This document shows positions 16,848 through 26,500 of a stretch of 64,000 nt of DNA, in pieces. Below the pieces are notes generated by a model. It did no database searches, was not told where the DNA came from, and was given only the letters and a program-made list of their open reading frames with translations. Origin of the DNA: a virus; the IMG/VR virus record IMGVR_UViG_3300021138_002231, positions 19,936 to 83,935 of that record. One strand, written 5' to 3'. Position 1 is the stretch's first letter; the number at the start of each line of letters is the position of its first letter. The position numbers were made by a program, and so were the translations under genes.

Positions 16848-17072
16848 TTAACAACTTTTAGCAATCACATCGCCTTCTCCGTCGTCATCTAACGGACCTG
16901 TGTTAATTCTAGAATTAACATGTCTGTGGCAATATGGGCAAACTCCACCATCTTCAAGGTTTTCTTTAGAAACAATGATTTTATTGCATGACATGCATAA
17001 AATAGCACCGTCATTTTGTTCGCCAGTAAATTTATCAATAGAGCCTGAAGCTCCGCGTTTAATCATACTCAT
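16848..17072 (-). CDS. Small Zn-finger protein
   Basis: CMSC...CPYC. SD AAGGAG. Confidence 0.75.
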   Translation of the reverse strand: MSMIKRGASGSIDKFTGEQNDGAILCMSCNKIIVSKENLEDGGVCPYCHRHVNSRINTGPLDDDGEGDVIAKSC

Positions 17073-17088
17073 TAAAATACTCCTTACT

Positions 17089-18147
17089 TTAATCCTTTTT
17101 ATTTTTTCTTGAATCCAAGTATTTAATCAAAAGTTCTTCTTCTTCTTCTGTTATGTTCTTTGGAGATTCAAATTCAAATTGAATATATAAATCTCCGCGT
17201 TCAGTAGGACTTTTTGGAAGACCTTGATTATTTATCTTTTCTAGTTTTTTATAATCAAAACCTTTTTCTAACATAAATGTTATATTTTTTCCATCTATTC
17301 CTTTAATAGTGAACTCGCCACCCATTATTGCTTGGACTGGATCAATGGTTTGTTTGTACAGTAAATTGTATTGGATATCATGTTCAAAATTGGGTTGTTT
17401 TTCTAAATCAACATGAATATATAAGTTGCCAGCAGGTAAATCTGGATATTCATGATTTCCACCATTTGCAACCATAAATTGCTTAAATAAACTACCAACT
17501 TTAATGATTTCTTCTTTTTCGACAGATTTGTTTTTTAAACCAAACCCTTGACATTTATCGCATGTTTTGGAAAATGTTTTACCTTTTCCAAAACATTTTC
17601 TGCATTGAAATCTGGTCTCAGTAATTTGATTACCATATTGTTGTCTTTGAGAAACTACACCTGTTCCTTTACAGACATCACAAGGTGTTGGATTTATTTG
17701 GCCTTCATTAGAACAATCTGGGCATCCTATTTTAATATTATATCGTAGATTAATTTTCGAATCATGAAAAATTTGATTAGCTTTCAAATGAATGGATATT
17801 CTTATATCGGTATTTTGCCTGATTTGAGCATATGTTCCGTTTCCTCTGACTTGATTAAACATCCACTCTATATCATTATTAAAATAATTAAAATTAGTAT
17901 TCCCGAAATTGACTCCTCCCGTCTGAGGCCCAACGCCAGAACTGCCAAAATTATCATAATCACGCCTTTTATCAGAATTACTTAAAGTTTCATAAGCTTC
18001 TGTGCATTGTTTAAATTTTTCTTCTGCCTCAGGATTATCAGGATTGACATCAGGGTGATATTTTTTGGCAAGCTTACGATATGCTGATTTGATTTCATCA
18101 GCCGTTGCAGTTTTTGAAACACCTAAAATTTCATAATAATTTGCCAT
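17089..18147 (-). CDS. dnaJ: Hsp40 co-chaperone DnaJ (type I)
   Basis: J-domain with HPD, a G/F-rich linker, four CxxCxxxG repeats and the C-terminal domain. Confidence 0.93.
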   Translation of the reverse strand: MANYYEILGVSKTATADEIKSAYRKLAKKYHPDVNPDNPEAEEKFKQCTEAYETLSNSDKRRDYDNFGSSGVGPQTGGVNFGNTNFNYFNNDIEWMFNQVRGNGTYAQIRQNTDIRISIHLKANQIFHDSKINLRYNIKIGCPDCSNEGQINPTPCDVCKGTGVVSQRQQYGNQITETRFQCRKCFGKGKTFSKTCDKCQGFGLKNKSVEKEEIIKVGSLFKQFMVANGGNHEYPDLPAGNLYIHVDLEKQPNFEHDIQYNLLYKQTIDPVQAIMGGEFTIKGIDGKNITFMLEKGFDYKKLEKINNQGLPKSPTERGDLYIQFEFESPKNITEEEEELLIKYLDSRKNKKD

Positions 18148-18175
18148 AATTTAACCTTGAATAATATTCAAGATA

Positions 18176-18874
18176 TTATCGGCTTTTTGTGATAGAATTC
18201 ACGAAAGAAATTATTTTGTTTGAAGGACAAACTGAATTCTCACCTATTCCAATTTCTGCATGTTGACCAGTGACACCAATTACTAATCCATATACTAATC
18301 CATCTGTTCCAATCACCATACCGCCACTGACCCCTTGAAGAATTTTTGCGTCAATAAAAATAATGTCATTCCATGCTTGACTTGGCGCATGTTCGCCCAA
18401 TTGTTGATGAACATTACTGATTCTTCCAACAGTAGACGTATCATGCCATCCTTCGGGGCTTCCAATAACAGCAATAATATCACCAATTTCAGCTTTATTC
18501 GAATCTCCTAATGTAACATAAGGTATATTTTTTGATATTTGTGGGCATGAAAGCAATGCACAGTCTATATTAGGGTCAGATGCCACAATATCTGCTTTAT
18601 ATCGCGTTTTACCATCAAATGTAATATTAATCTCATGGGGTTTTGAATTTAATTCAGGAGGACAAACATGTGAAGCTGTACATACAACTCCTTCTCCTAA
18701 ATGGAAACCACTACCAGACCAATGTTCATTCTCGGCATATACGAGAATAGTACAAGATGATTGTATACAATCTTTGATCATATAAGCAATTTCATCTTCT
18801 ACTTTTTCGTGCTTTTCTTGCGCGACTCGCATATGCCAAGCAATTAAATCTGGATTTAAACTAAAAATATTCAT
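18176..18874 (-). CDS. Trypsin-like (HtrA-type, S1C) serine protease without PDZ or signal peptide
   Basis: GSGF, TASHV (His), DCALL (Asp) and GVSGG (Ser). Confidence 0.88.
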   Translation of the reverse strand: MNIFSLNPDLIAWHMRVAQEKHEKVEDEIAYMIKDCIQSSCTILVYAENEHWSGSGFHLGEGVVCTASHVCPPELNSKPHEINITFDGKTRYKADIVASDPNIDCALLSCPQISKNIPYVTLGDSNKAEIGDIIAVIGSPEGWHDTSTVGRISNVHQQLGEHAPSQAWNDIIFIDAKILQGVSGGMVIGTDGLVYGLVIGVTGQHAEIGIGENSVCPSNKIISFVNSITKSR

Positions 18875-18881
18875 ATTGTTA

Positions 18882-18909
18882 TATTCAAAAATATATCTTG
18901 ATTTCCCTT
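18882..18909 (-). promoter_or_regulatory. AAGG-N19-GAATA promoter-like motif
   Basis: Minus strand AAGGGAAATCAAGATATATTTTTGAATA. ATG follows 7 nt later. Confidence 0.65.
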
Positions 18910-18913
18910 ATTA

Positions 18914-19399
18914 CTAAAATTTACTTGTATATGTTATCATTTTACGAGGAAAGATAGCTTTTCCGATAATATCTTTTATTGGCACTGGACCAATAACTCT
19001 GGAATCTTCAGAATTAGCACTATTATCACCTAAAACATATACATATCCCTGAGGAATTATGGTTTTCTTAACTTGAATTAATCTTTTTGGCACATGTGTT
19101 GCTTCATAAAAATTAAGATGTTCAGGCATGTCATCATGCACATATCCAGTATAACAAGCATCACCAGGGATAAGCTCTATGCGCTTAATCTCTGTTATAT
19201 TTTTATATTTAAAAACAATTACATCTCCTCTGTGCAAATTATTATACATTTTGCTAATAAATAACAAATCTAAATTATTATATGTTGGACACATAGATGT
19301 TCCTTGAACAACAACCAGTTTAAAAGGATGTAATAAAATTGACAAAAATGCAATTATTATAATAATAAATTGCCACACACGCTTGATTTTATAAGGCAT
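18914..19399 (-). CDS. lepB: Signal peptidase I (S26)
   Basis: N-terminal TM, GTSMCPT (Ser), IKRI (Lys) and GDNSANSEDSR. Confidence 0.9.
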   Translation of the reverse strand: MPYKIKRVWQFIIIIIAFLSILLHPFKLVVVQGTSMCPTYNNLDLLFISKMYNNLHRGDVIVFKYKNITEIKRIELIPGDACYTGYVHDDMPEHLNFYEATHVPKRLIQVKKTIIPQGYVYVLGDNSANSEDSRVIGPVPIKDIIGKAIFPRKMITYTSKF

Positions 19400-19505
19400 A
19401 AAGCTTCACTCCTTGCTTTACCAAATCAGCGTTTTCAAATGCTGCTTTTATGTAGTTTTTATTTGTTGTAGATTGCTGCATAAAGAACGACGCTATAATT
19501 AGTCA

Positions 19506-19541
19506 AAATAATCATCATTTCTACCATTATGATGATTATTT
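19506..19541. terminator. 13-bp stem hairpin after the subtilase gene
   Basis: AAATAATCATCAT / ATGATGATTATTT. Confidence 0.45.
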
Positions 19542-20460
19542 AAGATGACGATTTCCAAGGCATAAAGTTAGCAAAATTAGGAATACCATAAGTAATTTTG
19601 CCTATATGATCAACTGTTGCAATTCCGCCATTATTATCGCTTAATTCATCTAAAAATTTAAGCATATCTTGAGAATTTTTAATTTGTGGATTATTTGGAT
19701 CGCTTCTCGACCAAGATAAAATCAAAGCACATACACCAGCAACAAATGGTGATGCTTGACTTGTTCCATTAAGTAAAGCATATTGATTATTTAAAAATGT
19801 TGAATAAATATTAACTCCAGGTGCTCCCAAAGCAATTCTAGCTCCGCGAGAGCTAAAATTGGCAATTTGTCCCGATTGATCCATAGCTGCAACGGCAATA
19901 ACTTCATCGTATCTTGCAGGCCAATTTACATTGCCACCGTCATTTCCAGCAGCAGCAATAATAATAATGCCAGCATCGTATGCATCTTTAATTGCATCAT
20001 GAACAGAACTAGGTGGTTCTATTGGAGCGCCTAAACTCATATTAATAATATCAACTTTATTTTCAATGGCTAATCTAATTCCTTTTTCGATGGTATCAAA
20101 ACCGCTATGTCCTGAATCATCTAGAACTTTAATAGGAAGAATTTTAGCTTGTGGAGCTACTCCAATAACGCCTATGCCATTTTCTAAAGCAGCAATAATG
20201 CCTGCTACGTGCGTATGATGCCCAACTTTGTCGTCAACAGTTCCTACTACAGAAATAGCAGGCAACAAATTATCATTTAGATCAATATGATTAGGTCCCC
20301 CAGTATCTAAAACTGCAACAACAACACCTGCTCCTTTAGAATGTTTATGCGCTTCAGGGATATCAGCAGCGATTAATCCCCAATCCATTGTTTCTGATAA
20401 AGCGCCAATCACATATTCAGGAGTCAATTCTTCAATTGGTAAAAATGGTATATCAAACAT
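19540..20460 (-). CDS. Subtilisin-like S8 serine peptidase
   Basis: VLDTG, GHHTHVAG, INMSLG, AAAGND and GTSQASP. No signal peptide. Confidence 0.92.
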   Translation of the reverse strand: MFDIPFLPIEELTPEYVIGALSETMDWGLIAADIPEAHKHSKGAGVVVAVLDTGGPNHIDLNDNLLPAISVVGTVDDKVGHHTHVAGIIAALENGIGVIGVAPQAKILPIKVLDDSGHSGFDTIEKGIRLAIENKVDIINMSLGAPIEPPSSVHDAIKDAYDAGIIIIAAAGNDGGNVNWPARYDEVIAVAAMDQSGQIANFSSRGARIALGAPGVNIYSTFLNNQYALLNGTSQASPFVAGVCALILSWSRSDPNNPQIKNSQDMLKFLDELSDNNGGIATVDHIGKITYGIPNFANFMPWKSSS

Positions 20461-20478
20461 ATTAAATCACCATTTTAT

Positions 20479-20506
20479 GTTACTATAATTCTTATTAATT
20501 TTCCTT
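20479..20506 (-). promoter_or_regulatory. AAGG-N19-GTAAC promoter-like motif
   Basis: Variant copy upstream of the subtilase gene. Confidence 0.45.
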
Positions 20507-20519
20507 TGAAAATTAGGAA

Positions 20520-23500
20520 TTATTGAACAGTAACATAACCACTTGAAATAGGGTTTCCATAAAGAGTCCCATTATATGGTGTGATTATATAATTAATTAC
20601 CATACCGCTCTTTACCATATTTGCTGGCAATATTGCAGTATATACTCCATCAACTGGATCGTTGCTATTAAGAGGCAAATTGCTATCTTTTGAATACCAA
20701 TAAATAATATTATTATTAGCTATACCTGATATATTTTGATCACCGCCACCATTTCCATCATTATAAATATAGGAAGCGGTTAGCTCAGTATTGGCTGGAA
20801 CATATACTACATTATTTACAGTCGTTTGATTTGGTGAAGTAATTGCGACATTAGTTACATAAGGTTTATACTTTGCGCCTAAAGTTATTGTGTTACTCAC
20901 AACAGGATCACCTAAATTGTAGCCATCACAAGGCGTAACTATAACATATAATTGATCATGTAATTGGAATAAACTTCCTATATCATCTAATCGCTCTACT
21001 GTTCTGTTATTATACTCGGGTAAACCATTACCCGCTGTTATTTGAACAAATCCATTACCATCATTAATTGCACCAGATAATCCTGTGCGTTTTAACCACC
21101 ATGTTGTTTGCGTATTTCTTTCTTCATTCCCAGTATGAGATGCATAAATATAATTTATGTAGATTTGATCATATATACTTGCTGGCGATGGTTGTAAAGT
21201 AACAAATCCACTAATATATGGAGGGTCAGATTGTGATAATAATTGCTGTAAATTAGTGGAATTTTGAGTAGTATACATTAATCCAAAATTTTTAATATCT
21301 ACTGGAACATCAGAATAATTTACAATTTCAACGCCTATTCTAAATTTTGAAGAAGGTTGAATATAAACCGTAACCACATCTGTTCTTTCTAATTCTTTTT
21401 TAAATGTTATTGTTCCATTCTCGTTATTTGCAAAATAATTTCCTCTAACAATAGAATTATTTAATAACACAACAATTTCAGAATCAACAGGCCATTTACC
21501 GTTGATTAAATAATATGTTCTGTTATCATAAGTCACAGTATTTTCACCAGCATTTTCGTAAAGTTTTGCTGGAGTAATAATGTTTACAGTAAATACAGCG
21601 GAAAATGATTGAGCTTGTCTAAAAATAATATATCCATGTGCTCCATCAAGTGCATAAACACCATTGGTATTATCAATTGGTTTAGAATATCCTTGAATAT
21701 ATACGCTAACTTCATCTGTTGTACTCCATGTTACGGGATTACCACTAGAATCAATAACTTGATATATTAAAACACCATCTGTTGTGGTTCCTCCAGGTGC
21801 TGCAATTGTCGCAAGATTTAAACGATCAATTTCTTTTGTAAACAATAAACTAACTTGTCTATTGGGAAGCACTCCATTGCGCCCATTAATTATATGTTCA
21901 TAATAATTAAAGTCTGTAATGTCACCTCTGCATATCCCCCAGTTTAATTTTGCTGTTTTAGGAATTACAGCTTCAATCGTGAGTATTTCTTCAAATAGTA
22001 AACCGTTAATATCATATGGATAAGTAATCAAGTATTCGTAGCTTGGTAAAATTTGTGTATGATACAATTCTGTTATAATTGGTTTAACGGCACTATAAAT
22101 TCCAGATATTAATGTCCAACCATCAGTCATATTTATAACGTATTGTATGCCCAAAACTAAAGCTTGAACAGTTAATGGTGTTCCACTAGTTAATGTTTGC
22201 CATCCTGACCAATTTAATCTATCTTGAGTCCATCTTACTTTAATAATACATGAGCTATTTGATATTGTTCCTGTTGGGGCGGAAAAAGTAGCATTTACAT
22301 TTTCTAACCAAATTCCTTCCTCAAAATCATAATTTTTATTCCATGTCGCAGTGAATACATCATTCACTCCTCCATGCAAAAGACTATTAATAGCATTTGA
22401 CCAATCAGTTGACGCATTTGCACTATTAATATCAAATAAATTGCCATTGGTTTCATCTGTTATAGTTCTCAACCCAGTTAAGTTAGATGATCGATCTAAA
22501 GCAAATATAGATGTATTGGCCCCTAAACCATTCCAAGAAGTAAAAGCTGTCAAACCTACTTGGCTTGCTGTTTGAGCATTCATGCCATTATCGTCACCAT
22601 CCGCAAATACAAAGAACAATGGAGTAAATGTATTAGCCCATCTTTGTATTAAATAATTTCTGACAGTTGGCGATGCGGCAATTCCTCCAGATGTTCCATC
22701 CCAATCTGATATAAATTGCGTCTCATACCAGTCTTGAATATCATTTAACCTTAACATATTCCTATCAATATGATATTGAACAATTTCATTAACAATAAAT
22801 TGTATCTGTGATTCATTATAATTCTTGTTAATAATAGCATTTACAATAGCTTCTGGACTTATCCCACTAGCTGACAAATTAGCAGTATCGTATAAATAAG
22901 AATATACACCATTCTCTCTTAAAGCTAAAGCATAGGTGTCAAAACTACTTAATACATTTGAAAATCCATCTGTTCTTTCTAAAGAACTCGTACCATATTG
23001 CCACCAATCCGCAAAAGTAGGATAAAAATCTGAACCATTAACTTGAGTTTTAGTTCGATTAAATAGCATATCTATTAAATTTTGAATATTTTCAACATGA
23101 TACAAATTTGATGTAATTCCATCAATTGAATCTGACCATTTAATAGAGTTAGAATCGTCAATTGTTAATGCTATAGCAAATTTAGAATCTGTGGTTAAGC
23201 TTCCGTCGTCTGTAACCACTACGCTTCCATAAGATTCTCCTGTTAAAAATCCAACTGGCAGTGTATTATCCTTATATCCTACTGGTTCATATACAGTGGT
23301 TGTTGTTACGGGTTGAACCATAAAAACTTTAAAGAAAAAGTTTTTGTCTCCAGGAGTTAATGTTGCCCAATTAGGAGTAATACCCCCAGTTAATGCTAAC
23401 CCATCGGAATATGGATGTGATAAAGCTGAAACTTGCCAATTAAAACATGGTTCTGCACCTGATGCTACATTTTCTTTAATTACCAATGCATAAGTAGATG

Positions 23501-26500
23501 TATCATCAGGCAAATTAGCAGCTACATTTAAAGAATAAAAACCTTCGTATTGCACATCAGATGCCAGTAATTGATCTTGACTTGTGGTTGTCCATCCAGC
23601 AGGCAAATAACCTTCAGTAATTAAAGTATCGATATCTAATTGAGTCATTCCAATGGTAGTATTTGTAGGATAGCCATTGGAGTCCGTCGAATAAATTGCG
23701 GCAGTAAGATAATTATTTTGTGAATTTGCTTGACTGGTAGAATTCAAGTAATGATCTTTTAAAGAAACATAAATTGAAATTTTGTAAATTTTCTTTAACC
23801 CTGTAGATGTTTTAAATGTTTCTGCTAAATATCCATCATCGAAGGGTATAACACTTGTTATTTTAGATGCATAATTAATAGGCACATATCCTTCTAGCGT
23901 AGGCTCATCACTTCTATACCATGTATCGCCATAATCAATAGAATAATACAATCCTAATTCTGTACCTGCTAAAATTAAATCTTTAGTTACAATTTGATTA
24001 TATGTTGGGCTAGAAACGTATGTATCTAAAAAGGTTACAGAAAAATGCTGTAAATCATATACGGCAGTATCGCCACCTGCAATTTTTTCACATATTTCGA
24101 AAGAAGTTGATTCGTCGAAAGAACGATATATAACTTTATTAGTTCCTATAAATGTTAAAGATTTACCAGGTGTGCCTGAAACAGTAAATTGAACATAACA
24201 ATTACATGACAAACCTTGCAATTGATGGGATTCTACATAGAAATTTAATAAATCAGATTGTGTAGGGTCAGGGTCACACCATCTCCAATTTCTAACAGTG
24301 TAGATGCCATTAGATGTCAGAATTTTGAATGGTATAGGTGTTTTGGTTGCAGGCGGTGTAGCTAATGGTCTAAATATTTTATAATATTTGACACCATTTG
24401 ATATGGTATTGCCAAACATCTCTCTGCCAGTTAATAAAGAAGAATATGTGCCTCCTCTTGACCCAAATGTAGTGCCATACAATCCTTTTTCAGTGCATAA
24501 ATATAATGCATCTGTTGGTATTTGTTGTGTATTTCCTTGCGAATCAGTTGATAATCGAATAAACGTGTCATGGTATACTCCATAAACCCTATATCCGTCT
24601 ACTGTATCAAAATGATCTGAAATAAATGTGGAACTTCCAGTTTTGGTATAAATAAAAGCTAAACCATCATCTTTGCCAAAAGCCTCAAATGTACCGCTAA
24701 TTGTAGAATTACCATTAGCATCACTTGTATTCCAATTCCCGCTTAAATAATCAAAAATAACTTGTGAATATGTTGGGTCGGAAGACCATTCGTTGCCCGT
24801 TTGTAACCATGCGCCATTGTCTGTACCCACCATTAATGGATTGCCCAACCCATTAGTATAATGTTTAAAGAAATAAGTTCTTGCTGCACCACCTAAAATA
24901 GATTGTTTATTCCAAGTATTATTTTGATAAATCCAAACACCCTGATCAGTACCCACAATCATCCCGTCGCCAGATTGAGAGGGATTATAAATATTGTAAA
25001 TAGTTTGAGGGCTTACAGGAGTATCTGCTGCGCTTGGAATCCATCCAACATAAAAACTTGAATTTGTGGCCTTAGGGTCTAACGGAGATGGAGCTTGATC
25101 AAGATTTAAAAGAACCGTATTAACCAACCCAAGACTTGATTTGGTTCCAGAAACAGATATAGGGTTGTAAAAATTACTATACAAATTAGAATATTGATTT
25201 GTCATCGACATTGCGAATCGCAATAGATTTTGATTTGCAATAGAATTAAAATGATATGTTTCATTTGTTTGCACTTGAGTAATTTTATCTTCAATACCTA
25301 AAATAGTTTTTGGGGTGACAATAAAAACCTGACTTCCAATTGGTAAAGTTGAAACAACTGGACTTGGACCAACAATTGTGATTGCATATGTTAATGGATC
25401 AATATAAATCGGAACACGAACACTTGTAGCTGAACTCACAATTTGAATATATTGTGTTTCTGAAGGTAATGCCCTGGGATTTACTACACTAATAGTTGTT
25501 GATGTCGCTGTTAAAGCCGTTGATAATTTGGTTGCTGCTATAGTTTCTGCCACTAAACTATTTGGCAATTCTTCATGAGGCGTTAATCCAACATTGTTAA
25601 TATATGCACCAAGTCTAATAACTGTAATAGATACATTTTGAGCATCAGAAGGAGAAAGACTTTGATTAAAAATTATCAATCCCAAATCTGGGTTTAATGT
25701 ATAGTTAATTGTAGATATTATATTATTTACATAAACTATAACTTGTGCATCTGCACTATTCCAAGGCAAGGTATAAAAATGTGTGTAATCTTTCTCGTAA
25801 ACATATGTAGAACCATATCGTGGTGAAGAATTAAAAATAAAAGCTTGTGTATTATAGTCAATAGACGAAAAATTATAATCAGACCAAGAAACCATAGATA
25901 GATCATGATTGTTATATATTGTTGGTTTTTGATTATTTGAGCTAAATTGATATGAAGTTCTAGTCCACGCAATAATTGTAATTGAGTTATTATCTGTTGT
26001 ATTACTGAGACTTAAATTTGCTATCCATAGCCCTCTTGGAGTTCCAGCAATTAATTGTCCTTTTGATGATTGAGAATTATTACGAAAAATTAAAGAATTA
26101 ATTTTGCCTTGATTCGTATTATTCCATGACAATTGAGACACATATGGTTGAGCACCAACACTAAATTGTTCTGAAATATAATAAATATTTTGTGTCGTAC
26201 CAGCAAAATATTCAGTTCCGTGATCAGCCATAGAAGTGAATATTTCATCATTTTGTGAACTTTGCAGTTTGAAAATTTTAATTTTCCAAATGATATCGCT
26301 TCTTTGTTCAACATACCAAACACTTCCAGCATTTACTGTGCCATTTAACACGGTAACTTGTGGTTGAGTATTATTATTTAATACATCTGATGTCTTAGTC
26401 CATGTCCCATCATTATTAACTAAATATATACCATTTTGTGTTGTATCAATGTATTGATTTTTAACAAGCACATGATTACCAGCAGAAAGATTGACTCCAT

